Origin: Myxococcota bacterium | Lineage (GTDB): Bacteria; Myxococcota_A; UBA796; CAJQPC01 | Length of the DNA stretch: 64,000 nucleotides | Reading direction: 5' to 3' | Assembly: GCA_036229005.1 (NCBI GenBank) | Contig: JAZAMN010000003.1 | Span: forward strand, 64,001 to 128,000 | Shown: positions 27,209-39,439 of the stretch, piece by piece | How positions within the stretch are numbered: the stretch's first letter is position 1 | How the letters are laid out: every line of letters begins with the position of its first letter | Notes under the pieces: model-generated | Databases searched by the model: none | What the model saw: only the letters and a program-made list of their open reading frames with translations | Told to the model about the DNA's origin: nothing | Position numbers and translations under genes: made by a program

Positions 27209-29086
27209 TCAGTCCTTTTCCCTGCCGAGCAGGAAGTTCCAGGTGGGGTCGATCAGGGTGTCCAGCGGGGGCCGGGGGGTGGTCTCCAGCCGGTGCTCGG
27301 TGGCCTTTCGCCAGGCGGGGCCGTCCAGGTTCGGGGTGACGTGGGGCGCCGGGGGGCGCAGCCACCAGATGACGACGGACCCGTGGTCCTCGCCGGCACC
27401 CAGAGCTGCTTCCAGGGCGTTGACCCGCCGGTTGGCGCGGTTGCGGTGCATCACGGATCCGGGGAGCGCATCGAGCGCGATGGCCCCCACCCCCTGAGCG
27501 GCCAGAGCCTCCACGGCGCCTGGGGGGAGGGGACCCGGGTCCTGGCCGCCCTCCAGCACGCGGATCCAGTCCAGCAGGGGCTGGGCCCGCATCCAGTCAT
27601 CCCAGCCTTGGGGCTTGGGGGCGCCCGGCGGCAGCAGCAAGGGGTTCACCACCGGCTTGCGGTGGTAGCGCTGGTGGCGACCGACCTGGGGCATGCTCAG
27701 ACCGTCCCGCTTGAGGGGCAGCTCCAGCACGGCGCCCTGGCTGGCCTCCAGCACGCGCCAGGCCTGCTCGTACTGGAGGTCCTGGGTCTGGACGGGGAGG
27801 TTGGCGGAGAGCAGCAGCGCTTCGGCCAGCAGGGCCGGCACCCAGAGTCCAGGGCGGGGGAGACGCAGCGCAGCGGCCGCCAAGAGCCCCAGGGGGAGGA
27901 CCATGCCCCAGCGCTCCGGCCAGGTCAGGCGGTCCAGGAAGGGGTGGAGCTGGCCGAGCCAGTGGAAGGGCAGGGACAGGGCGCTGCCGCCGACCAGCAC
28001 CAGGTCTTCGCCCCGCTTGAGGAAGGGGCCCAGGACCATGACCGCGCCCAGGGCCGCCATGGCCAGCCAGGGGAGCATCTGGCGGGCTCTCTGGGCGCGC
28101 AGGGAGAGCGCAGCGGAGAGGGCCACGGCCCCCAGAAGCACCCACGAGATGCGGTTGCTGCGGTCCATGTAGCTGGACCACAGAAGCTCCAGCGGGGCGG
28201 CCCCGTGCGCGGCCTCGAAGCGCTGATGGGCTGGCAAGGCGGAGAGGTCCGCCGCGATGTCCAGGGGCATGGGCGCGGACTCTGGCGAGGTCACCGGCAG
28301 GGAGTCCCAGGACAGGGCGAAGGGCAGCAGAGCGGGCAGGGCCCCGAGCAAGGTGACCCCCACCGCCAGACCAAAACGCAGCCAGGCCTGCCTGTCGAGC
28401 TTGCGGGCGCCAGCGAGCAGCAGCGGGAGGCTCCCCAGGGCCGCGAACAGGGCCAGGTACCAGTAGGACAGCGCGGCGCCGAGCATGAACAGGCCGGCGG
28501 CGATGGCGTGTCGGACGCGCCCTTGGGGCTCCAGGGCCTGGGCGAAGGCCGCCAGGTAGAGCGGGATCCAGAAGGCCATGGTCTGGGGGGCGTGGTGGAG
28601 GTTCAGCTCCCGGAGCAGGGGCTCGCTGCAGACCCAGCCCACACCCAGCAGCCAGCCAGCGCCCTCCCGCTCCAGGGGCGCGCGGGAGCGGGTGAGGGTC
28701 CGGCCCAGGTGGTGGGCGGACAGTCCATTGGCCAGCAGGCAGCCCAGCCAGAACACGTTGTCGCTGAGGGGGAAGGGGAGCAGGGCCGCCAGCATCCCGC
28801 CCAGCGCGTGGTCCATCAAGTTGGGGGTGAGCAGCAGCACCGGGTAGCCCTGAGGCCAGAACACCGCGTCGGTGCTGGGCCACTGGCCTGGGGAGGCGAG
28901 CAGCGGTGGGACCAAGCCCCGGAGCCAGAGGGTGTCGGCGGCGTCCACATTGGGGAAGCCGGGGAGGCTGCTGTTCAGGTGCAGGGCCAGAGGCCAGGTC
29001 AGGAGCACGCCGAGCAGCAGGTAGCCCACCACTCGGAGACCCCAGGCCCCCGCGCCCCGCGTCAGGCGCTCAGATGTCGAGGCCAT
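27209..29086 (-). CDS. Polytopic membrane protein, possibly GT-C-type glycosyltransferase
   Basis: LTWPLALHL, VFWPQG, WPERW, AVLELP; many TM segments; start uncertain. Confidence 0.65.
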   Translation of the reverse strand: MASTSERLTRGAGAWGLRVVGYLLLGVLLTWPLALHLNSSLPGFPNVDAADTLWLRGLVPPLLASPGQWPSTDAVFWPQGYPVLLLTPNLMDHALGGMLAALLPFPLSDNVFWLGCLLANGLSAHHLGRTLTRSRAPLEREGAGWLLGVGWVCSEPLLRELNLHHAPQTMAFWIPLYLAAFAQALEPQGRVRHAIAAGLFMLGAALSYWYLALFAALGSLPLLLAGARKLDRQAWLRFGLAVGVTLLGALPALLPFALSWDSLPVTSPESAPMPLDIAADLSALPAHQRFEAAHGAAPLELLWSSYMDRSNRISWVLLGAVALSAALSLRAQRARQMLPWLAMAALGAVMVLGPFLKRGEDLVLVGGSALSLPFHWLGQLHPFLDRLTWPERWGMVLPLGLLAAAALRLPRPGLWVPALLAEALLLSANLPVQTQDLQYEQAWRVLEASQGAVLELPLKRDGLSMPQVGRHQRYHRKPVVNPLLLPPGAPKPQGWDDWMRAQPLLDWIRVLEGGQDPGPLPPGAVEALAAQGVGAIALDALPGSVMHRNRANRRVNALEAALGAGEDHGSVVIWWLRPPAPHVTPNLDGPAWRKATEHRLETTPRPPLDTLIDPTWNFLLGREKD

Positions 29087-30970
29087 CGACCTGGGCTGCG
29101 CGCTCCATGATGAAGCTGTACCGGGGGGCGGCGTCCTTGCCCATCAGGTCGGAGATCACCTGGTCGGTCTGGAGCTGGGCATCGTCTGGGATGGTGACCC
29201 GCAGCAGCCGGCGCCGACGGGGGCACAGGGTGGTCGCATACAGGGTCTTGGGCATCATCTCGCCCAGACCCTTGAAGCGGCTGATCTCCGGCTTGTAGCG
29301 GGCGGGCAGCCTGGACAGGATGCGCTCCTTTTCGTCGTCGTCGGCCGCCCAGTGGCTCTCCTTGCCGACCTCGATCCGGTACAGGGGCGGCTGGGCGATG
29401 TAGACGTGGCCGCCCTGGATCAGCCCGGGCAGGTGCCGGTAGAAGAAGGTGAGCAGCAGAGTGGCGATGTGGTGGCCGTCGACGTCGGCGTCCATGAGCA
29501 GGACGACCCGGTCGTAGCGCAGCGCCGACAGGTTGAAGTCCTTGCCCATCCCGCAGCCCAGCGCCTTGACGATGTCGCCCAGCTCCTGGTTGCGCAGCAC
29601 CTGGCTCATGCTCGCGGACTCGGTGTTCAGGACCTTGCCGCGCAGAGGGAGCACGGCCTGGTTGGCGCGGTCGCGCCCCTGCTTGGCGGAGCCGCCTGCG
29701 GAGTCGCCCTCGACGATGAACAGCTCGCACTCGTTGGGGTCCGAAGAGCTGCAGTCCGCGAGCTTGCCGGGGAGGTTGAGCTTGCGGGAGACCGCGCTCT
29801 TGCGGCGCACCTTCTTGGCGGCCTCGCGGGAGGCCATGCGGGCACGGGCGGCCTGGACAGCGCGGAGCACGATGCCCTCGCCCCAGGCTTTGTGCTCGTG
29901 CAGCCACTGCTCAAAGGCCGGGCGCAGGCTGCTGTCCACCTGGGCGCGGGCGTCGGGGTTGTTGAGCTTGTCCTTGGTCTGGCCCTGGAACTGGGGATCC
30001 ACGTGGTAGAGGCTCACGATGGCGACCACGCCCTCGCGGATGTCCTCGGCCGAGAGCTTGACCCCGCGGGGCTCCAGTTGGTGGGCGTCGATGAAGGCGC
30101 GCAGGCCCTTGACGATGCTCTCCTTGAGCCCCTGGACGTGGGTGCCGCCGTCGCGGGTGGGGATGCCGTTCACGAAGGAGAGCAGCTGCTCCCGGGGGGA
30201 GTCGGTCCAGGTGAACACGACCTCCATCCGGGGGTCCTCGGTCTCCAGGACAAAGGGCTCGGGCGCGGTGGGGCGCTTCTCACCCTTCTTCATCAGGGCG
30301 CCCAGGTAGTCCAGGACGCCGCCGTCGTGCTTGAACTCCAGGCGGGAGCCGGAGCCGCGATCGGTGAAGACGATGCGCAGGCCCTTGTTCAGGTAGCTCT
30401 TGACCTCCAGTCGCTCGCGGATCAGCTCGGGGTCGAAGCGCACCTCGCCGAAGATCTCGGGGTCCGGGGTGAAGGTGATGGTGGTGCCGGTCCCGCGGGC
30501 GGGGCCCACCTCTTCGACCGGCCCCCGGGGCTTGCCGCGGCGGTAGCGCTGGCGATGGAGCTTGCCGTCGCGCTTGACCTCGGCCGTCATGGACGTGCTC
30601 AGGGCGTTGACCGCCTTGGTGCCCACGCCGTGCAGACCGCCCGAGGTGTTGTAGGCCTTGGAGTCGAACTTGCCGCCGGTGTGGAGGTTGCACAGGATGA
30701 GCTCCAGGGCGGAGACCTTGTGCTTTTTGTGGATGTCCACCGGGATGCCGCGGCCGTTGTCCGCCACGCTGATGGTCCGGCCGTCTTCGCTCAGGGTGAC
30801 CTGGATGGTGGTGCAGTAGCCACCGATGGCCTCGTCGACGGAGTTGTCCACCACCTCCCAGATCAGGTGGTGGAGGCCATCCTTGCCGGTGCCTCCGATG
30901 TACATGGCCGGGCGGCGACGGATGCCCTCCAGGCCCTCGAGCATCTGGACGGAAGAGGAGTCGTAGCGGC

Positions 30971-30974
<4 letters not shown>
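29070..30974 (-). CDS. parE: Type IIA topoisomerase B subunit, probably topoisomerase IV ParE
   Basis: [42 protein letters not shown]; 634 aa with no proteobacterial GyrB insertion. Confidence 0.88.
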
Positions 30975-33292
<2,318 letters not shown>

Positions 33293-33369
33293 GTACGTGA
33301 GGGGTGTGGAGGAGGGGGCCGAGGTGGCCGATATGGCGCATGGGGAGGGGATCCCCGCCGAAGGAATGC

Positions 33370-33378
33370 CTTATAACA
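33370..33378 (-). promoter_or_regulatory. Possible extended -10 promoter element for the parC-parE operon
   Basis: Minus strand TG-T-TATAAG in an AT-rich patch about 80 nt upstream of the parC ATG. Confidence 0.4.
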
Positions 33379-33475
33379 CAGCAAGGAGACCAAAAACTGT
33401 CCGGGCAGGCGAGGACAGGCGGGTTGAGGGCGATCCCGTCGCCCAACCCGGCTTGGCGGCCGATGACCGAGGCGT

Positions 33476-35308
33476 TCAGCCCATCCGGCCCGCGGCCTCG
33501 GGGCTGGCGCCCAGGATGCCGGTCTCTCCGAAGGAGATCCACTGCTTCCCGGGGAGGCTGCGCAGCACCCGGATCTCGCGCCCGTCCAGGTCCCGCTCCA
33601 GCAGCCCGCCCGCCTTGGTGGGCTCAAGGAGCAGGCCGGCCTCGACGTCCACCGTGGTCCCGGGGTGCAGGTCGGTCAGTTCGGCGATGACCTGCGCCTC
33701 GGCGGGGTCGACCACCAGGATGGTGCAGCGCTCGCCCTCCGGCATGCGGAGCACGGCCTCGCCGCTGGTCACGCCCCACATGGCGTCGATGGGCTCGTTG
33801 AAGGTGAGCACGTCGCGGCCTTCGGCAGGCTGGCCGCTGCGAGCGGTCTCGGAGAGGTCGTAGTGCCCCAGCACGCCGTCTTCGTCCAGCACGAGCAGCT
33901 CGGGCCGCCGGTTCACGAAGGCCAGCCGGGTGATGGGGACATCGGCCAGGGGCTGGGGCGGGGGCAGGGCGTCCGTGCCGCTGCGCGGGTCCAGGATGCG
34001 GACCGCGCCGCGGGGGGTGACGACCCCCATCCAGGTCCCGCTGCCGGAGAGGGCCAGCGCCTGGGGCCAGGCCAGCTCCAGGGCGATGTTCGCCGCGAGG
34101 TCCCACCAGCGCACGCCGCCGCGGGGCATGCGGAGGGCCACCACCGTGCCGCCCACGTGGACCTCCGGGCTGCCCTGGGTCTCGCGGCCCGCGTCGAAGA
34201 GCTTGCGGCCGTCGCGGGCGGAGTGGATGGCGACCGGGCCGGCCTCGGGGCGCAGAGCGATGAGGCGCCCGTCGCGATCGATCTCGGCCTCGGCGAGGTC
34301 GGCGCCGGCCTTGATGATGCCCACGCGGTCGTCCCCTGCCCAGAGGGCCACGCGGTCGCGGTGCACGGCCAGGCGGAAGTGTCCGGAGCCGCTGGCGGCG
34401 TGAACCGGAGGCAGCCCGGCGCCGCTGCTGCCATCGTGCATCAAGCCGTCGCCGCCGCCGACCCGGACACCGGTGGAGAGCCAGCAGGCCGCGCCCTGGG
34501 TGTCGGGGGCTCCGTGCTGGGTGCTGCCAGCGGGCGTGAGGCTGGGGAGCTCGAAGCGGTGCAGGCTGCGGGCGGTGATGGCGGCGACCTGCCGGCCATC
34601 CGGGCTCACCACCAGGTTCTGGATGCCGCTGCCGCCCCGGGTCGCGAAGCTGTTGCAGAGCACGCCGTCGACCACTCGGAGCAGGGAGATACCGCTGGGG
34701 CCCGCGCACACGATGTAGGTGTTGTCGGGGGTGAACCAGGCCCGCTCCGCCGGCATCTGCAGGCGGTCCATCGGGAGCCCCTCGCGGTTGCGGAGGTCGA
34801 TCAGCCGCACCTGTCCCTCCGCGTCCACGCAGAGCAGGCGCTCCCCGCGCGCGTCGAAGGCGACGGAGAGGCCGCCGAAGCCCTGCCAAGCGACCTCGCG
34901 CTCCCCGCGCTGCAGATCCCAGACGCGGACCAGGCCGTCCTTGGCGATCGCGGCGAGTCGGCGGCCTTCTGGGCTCAGGGCCAGGCCCCGCATGGCCCGG
35001 ACGCGCCCGCGCTGCCCCTGGCGGAGCTCCTTGAAGACCTCGGCGCCGTTGTCGGTGCGGTACACCCCCACGCTGCCAGCCTCGTCGCCGACCGCGACCA
35101 GCTTGCCGCCCTGGATCAAGGCCAGCGCGCCGTTGATGGAGTCGCCCGGCTGGAACACGAGCCCGGGCGCGCGCTCCCGCGATCGGGTCACGGCCACCAC
35201 CCCGCGGGCGTCCGCTGTGGCGTAGACGGCGCTCACCGGATCCGCGCACGCGGCGGTGATCGCGGCCTCATGGGCGTTGGGGCAGAACTGGTCGGCCAGG
35301 GAGGGCAT
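33476..35308 (-). CDS. WD40-like beta-propeller repeat protein
   Basis: Repeats such as [45 protein letters not shown]; no signal peptide. Confidence 0.82.
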   Translation of the reverse strand: MPSLADQFCPNAHEAAITAACADPVSAVYATADARGVVAVTRSRERAPGLVFQPGDSINGALALIQGGKLVAVGDEAGSVGVYRTDNGAEVFKELRQGQRGRVRAMRGLALSPEGRRLAAIAKDGLVRVWDLQRGEREVAWQGFGGLSVAFDARGERLLCVDAEGQVRLIDLRNREGLPMDRLQMPAERAWFTPDNTYIVCAGPSGISLLRVVDGVLCNSFATRGGSGIQNLVVSPDGRQVAAITARSLHRFELPSLTPAGSTQHGAPDTQGAACWLSTGVRVGGGDGLMHDGSSGAGLPPVHAASGSGHFRLAVHRDRVALWAGDDRVGIIKAGADLAEAEIDRDGRLIALRPEAGPVAIHSARDGRKLFDAGRETQGSPEVHVGGTVVALRMPRGGVRWWDLAANIALELAWPQALALSGSGTWMGVVTPRGAVRILDPRSGTDALPPPQPLADVPITRLAFVNRRPELLVLDEDGVLGHYDLSETARSGQPAEGRDVLTFNEPIDAMWGVTSGEAVLRMPEGERCTILVVDPAEAQVIAELTDLHPGTTVDVEAGLLLEPTKAGGLLERDLDGREIRVLRSLPGKQWISFGETGILGASPEAAGRMG

Positions 35309-35382
35309 TCTGGGGCTCTTGCTGGGGTGCGTCCGTCGGGTGACGCATCATCGCACGGGCTTGTATCTGCCCAGGAGGTCTC

Positions 35383-37203
35383 GTGTCGCGCACGGAGTTG
35401 GCGCTGCTCTGGCACATGCACCAGCCGGACTACCGGGATCCCCACAGCGGGGAGCCCACGCTGCCCTTCGTGCGCTTGCACGGCCTGCGGGGCTACCGCG
35501 ATGTCCTCGTGTGGATGGAGGAGCAGGGGCTGCCCTTCTGCATCAACCTGGTCCCCAGCCTGCTGGAGCAGCTTGAGTGGTACGCCCAGGGCGGCGAGGA
35601 TCCCCAGCTCAGGCTCGCCCGCGCCCAGCCCGGGAGCCTCTCGGCGAGCGCTCTGCGCGACCTCATCTCCGGGCACCCGCGGATGTGGACCCACCCCCAC
35701 GCCGCCCAGCTCCGGGCCAAGGTCGAGTCCGGAGCGCCCCTCAGCCACCAGGAGCGCCTGGATCTCCAGGTCTGGAGCGTGCTCGCCTGGGTGGGGTGGA
35801 GCGGGCTGCGCGACCACCCGGAGCTGGCCGGGCTCAAGGCCCGCGGTCGGGACTTCAGTCTCGCGGATCGCGACCAGCTTCACCTCGTCTGCGCCGGGAT
35901 CCTGCGCGAGTTGTTGGTGCGCTACCAAGGCCTGGCGGTGGGGGAGCTGTCCACGACACCCCTGTGCCACCCCATCCTCCCCCTGCTGGTGGACAACCGC
36001 CACGCGAGCCGCTGCCTGCCGGACTTCCCCGAGCAGCAGGTCGACTTCCGCTGGCCCCAGGACGCGCGCGCGCAGCTCACTCTGGGCAAGGCCCGCGCCG
36101 AGGCCATCCTGGGCCGTCCGATCCACGGACTCTGGCCGTCGGAGGGCTCGGTCTCCCCGGAGATCCTCCCCATGGTCCGTGAGGCCGGGTTCACCTGGCT
36201 GGCCACCGATCAGGGCGTGCTGGAGCGCTCGCAGCGGGAGCCCGGGGATCACCACCAGGTCTGGGATCTCGGAGGCGTCCACGGCCTCTTCCGGGACCAC
36301 GGGCTCTCCGATTTTCTGGGCTTCGAGGCCGCCGGCGCGGATCCCAAGGCCGCCGCGGAGCGCTTCGTCGAGGCCTGCGCCCAGCGTTCGGGGCAGCTCC
36401 TGATCGCCCTGGACGGCGAGAACCCCTGGGAGGCCTTCGAGGACGCCGGTCAGGCCTTCCAGCTCGCCCTGGGAGGGGCCCTGAGAGCGCGCTTGAGCCT
36501 CAAGACCCCCTCCGAGCTGGTGCAGGCCGCCCAGCAGCCCCCCAAGGTGCACGCGCTCCACTCCGGGAGCTGGATCCACGCGGACTTCGCCATCTGGATC
36601 GGCGACGAGCAGGACCGGGCCGCCTGGCGCCTGCTGGGCAACGCGCGCGAGGCCGTCCACGCCGCCGGAGACCCGCCCGAGGCCCTGGCCCACATCTACG
36701 CGGCCGAGGGCAGCGACTGGTTCTGGTGGTACGGCCCGGAGTTCTCCACGCCCTTCGCGCCGGCCTTCGATCGCCTCTTCCGCGCCCACCTGCGCGCCGC
36801 CTGGTGCGCCATCGGCCTGCCCGCGCCCGCTGAGCTGGATCACCCCGTCGTGGGGGAGGGGGCCCACCCGCCGTTGGGGCCTCTGGGGGAGCTTCCGGTG
36901 TTCTGGCCACTGCGCGCGGGGCGTCTCTCTCTCGCGGCGGGGGCGGCCATGCACAGCGACACCGCTGGGGTGCGCGGGCTCCGCTATGGGCAGCGGGAGG
37001 CGGGGATCTGGATTCGCCTGGACGGCCGACCCGACCTCCCGGCCCGCGTGGAGCACGACGGCACCTTGTTCGATCTCGACGCCGGCGAGGTCACGCTTCC
37101 GCACGCCAGCCTGCCCGCGCAGATCGCGCTCTTGGTGGGCGACCGGCGCTTTCCGGCTCAGGGTACGCTGACGCTGCAGCCGCCACAGGACTGGTGGCTG
37201 TGA
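35383..37203 (+). CDS. GH57 glycoside hydrolase (amylopullulanase-like)
   Basis: LWHMHQPDY, WPSEGSVS (nucleophile), ALDGENPWE (acid/base), AEGSDWFWW; AGGAGG RBS. Confidence 0.92.
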   Translation: MSRTELALLWHMHQPDYRDPHSGEPTLPFVRLHGLRGYRDVLVWMEEQGLPFCINLVPSLLEQLEWYAQGGEDPQLRLARAQPGSLSASALRDLISGHPRMWTHPHAAQLRAKVESGAPLSHQERLDLQVWSVLAWVGWSGLRDHPELAGLKARGRDFSLADRDQLHLVCAGILRELLVRYQGLAVGELSTTPLCHPILPLLVDNRHASRCLPDFPEQQVDFRWPQDARAQLTLGKARAEAILGRPIHGLWPSEGSVSPEILPMVREAGFTWLATDQGVLERSQREPGDHHQVWDLGGVHGLFRDHGLSDFLGFEAAGADPKAAAERFVEACAQRSGQLLIALDGENPWEAFEDAGQAFQLALGGALRARLSLKTPSELVQAAQQPPKVHALHSGSWIHADFAIWIGDEQDRAAWRLLGNAREAVHAAGDPPEALAHIYAAEGSDWFWWYGPEFSTPFAPAFDRLFRAHLRAAWCAIGLPAPAELDHPVVGEGAHPPLGPLGELPVFWPLRAGRLSLAAGAAMHSDTAGVRGLRYGQREAGIWIRLDGRPDLPARVEHDGTLFDLDAGEVTLPHASLPAQIALLVGDRRFPAQGTLTLQPPQDWWL

Positions 37204-37249
37204 CCGCGACGGGGGGGAGCGTGCGACACTGGAGGGGCCCTGTGTCTGG

Positions 37250-39430
37250 ATGCCTGTGAGTTCCTTGTGGAGCCAGCTTGAGTTTGTGCCCGTGCTGCAC
37301 ATGCACGTGCCCGCGGGGCTGGGGTCGGACGCCCTCAAGCGGGCCTGGTCCCGGCAGCTCCGCCCTCTGCTCAAGGCGCTCTGGGAGCACCAGGACGTCC
37401 AGGTCGGCCTGCACCTGAGCGGCGCGGTCCTGCACGGCATGGCCCGGCATTTGGGAGAGGGCCTGGTGGCCCTGGAGCAGCTCGTGGACGCCGGGCGCAT
37501 CGAACTGCTCGCGGGGGGCTGGTCGCACCCCTTCCTGAGCGGCCTCCCGGAGCAGGACGCCGTCTCGCAGCTCGGCCTGCAGTCGCGGCTCTTGGAGATG
37601 CGCACAGGGCAGCGCCCGCTGGGCTGCTACCTGACTGAGGGCGTCTGGGACCCCGACATCCCGCGGGTGATGGACCGGGCCGGTCTGCGCTACGCGCTGG
37701 TTCGGGGGGAGTTGCTGCTGGCGGCGGGCCTCAAGGTCTCCCAGGTCGCTGGCCTCCACCACACCGAGCGCGGGGGCAAGGTCCTGCAGGTCCTGGCGAC
37801 CGACCCCGCGCTGGACCGCCTGATGGTCCGCCCCATGGGGCCGGAGGCGCTCGGGCTCCTGGAGCAGCGGCGCTCGATGGGGGTGCGCAGTGTGCTGTGG
37901 GTGGGCTCGATGAACCACCTGGACACCCTGCCGGGCGGCTTCTCCCGCTGGCTGGAGCTGTGGCTGGAGGCCCTGGACCAGAACGGCCACTGGATGCGCA
38001 CCGCGCTGCCTCGGGAGGTCGCGGTGCGGGTGGACCAGGGCAAGGGCCTGCTCTACCTGCCGAGCTGGGTGCCCGCGAACATCGCCGAGGCCATGACGGG
38101 GGTGTCTGAAGCCGAGCTCCGCTCACGCGGCGGCCACTACCTGCGGGCGGGGCGCTGGGAAGGGTTGATGGTGCGCTACACGGAGTCCAACCGGCTGCAC
38201 AAGCGCATGCTGCTGGCCTCCGAGCAGCTCCAGCGCCTGCGCAAGAAGATCCAGCGGGGGCAGCGCGTGGAGCTGGATCGCCTGCTGGATGCGGCGGCGC
38301 TGGCGCTCTACCGGGCGCAGGGCTCCGACGTGCTGTGGCCCGCGCCAGGCGGCGGGTTCTACGACCAGAAGCTGCGGATGAGCGCCTGGCGGGACCTGGT
38401 CGAGGTCGAGCAGCTCACCCACCGGGCCTTCGGCGAGCACAAGAAGCTGCGCAGCCTCAAGACGGATCTGCTGTGCAGCGGCCAGGACGAGATCCTGGTG
38501 TTCGGGCCCCACGTCCACGCCGCGCTCCAGCCCTCCGGTGGGGGCGCGCTGACGGAGTTCACGGTGCCTGGGGTCGGGAACATCGTGGACGTGCCCACGC
38601 GGCGCGAGGAGGCCTGGCACCAAGAGCTGCTGGCCCACGCCCGCCTGCCCGCGCTGGTCGACGACGATGGCGTGGTCCACCTGGATGACACGGGGACCGC
38701 ACCCCTGGCGGAGTTCGAGCTGGAGGATGAGGACAGCGTGTCCTCGGAGGTGGATGACAGCGCAGAGATGGAGCGGCTGGCTGGGGTGTTGGCGGTGGAC
38801 CGGGATCGCCGGGCGGCCTTCACCGACCGCTTCCTCGGACCGGGAGTCACCTCCGAGAACCTGCGCCGGGGCCAGTACCCCGAGGTCGGCGATTTCGTCG
38901 GCGCCACCTACAACATGCTGCACGTGGAGCAGGACAGCGAGCGGGGCGTCCTGGAGATCTCCCTGTCCCGGGAGGGCAAGGTCCAGGTGGGGCGGGAGAG
39001 TCGGCTGGTCCAGGTGCGCAAGCACTACAGCTTTCACCGGGGCGATGGCGGCATGCGCGTGCTGCACGAGCTGGTCAACCGCACCTCGGAGCCGGTGGAG
39101 ACCACCTTCGGGCTGGAGCTTCCGCTGGCGCTGGGCCCCCTGGCCACCCTGGATCTGCCAGGGGCGGGCCACCAGCGGCTGGATCAGCTCCGCACCCTGG
39201 AGCACATGGATCAGCTCACGCTGCACGATCCTGTGACGGACGCGCGCATCCACCTGCACTTCTCGCCGGCCTGTAGGGTGGTCTTGTTCCCGGTGGTCTG
39301 CGTGGTGCGCGGGGAGCGCGGCGGGCTCAAGGAAGCGCAGCAGGGCGTGTGCCTGATTCCCCACTGGCCGGTCAAGCTGTGGGGCGAAGAGAAGGTCCGG
39401 ATGGAGAGCCGGCTCGTCGTCGAACGCTGA
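37250..39430 (+). CDS. GH57 4-alpha-glucanotransferase/alpha-amylase-like protein (DUF1925/DUF1926 type), divergent active site
   Basis: LHLSG, ELLAGG, LTEGVWDP, RYTESNRLHKRM, TRREEAWH; the expected DDGEKFG motif is not visible. Confidence 0.8.
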   Translation: MPVSSLWSQLEFVPVLHMHVPAGLGSDALKRAWSRQLRPLLKALWEHQDVQVGLHLSGAVLHGMARHLGEGLVALEQLVDAGRIELLAGGWSHPFLSGLPEQDAVSQLGLQSRLLEMRTGQRPLGCYLTEGVWDPDIPRVMDRAGLRYALVRGELLLAAGLKVSQVAGLHHTERGGKVLQVLATDPALDRLMVRPMGPEALGLLEQRRSMGVRSVLWVGSMNHLDTLPGGFSRWLELWLEALDQNGHWMRTALPREVAVRVDQGKGLLYLPSWVPANIAEAMTGVSEAELRSRGGHYLRAGRWEGLMVRYTESNRLHKRMLLASEQLQRLRKKIQRGQRVELDRLLDAAALALYRAQGSDVLWPAPGGGFYDQKLRMSAWRDLVEVEQLTHRAFGEHKKLRSLKTDLLCSGQDEILVFGPHVHAALQPSGGGALTEFTVPGVGNIVDVPTRREEAWHQELLAHARLPALVDDDGVVHLDDTGTAPLAEFELEDEDSVSSEVDDSAEMERLAGVLAVDRDRRAAFTDRFLGPGVTSENLRRGQYPEVGDFVGATYNMLHVEQDSERGVLEISLSREGKVQVGRESRLVQVRKHYSFHRGDGGMRVLHELVNRTSEPVETTFGLELPLALGPLATLDLPGAGHQRLDQLRTLEHMDQLTLHDPVTDARIHLHFSPACRVVLFPVVCVVRGERGGLKEAQQGVCLIPHWPVKLWGEEKVRMESRLVVER

Positions 39431-39439
39431 GGTGCTTCC

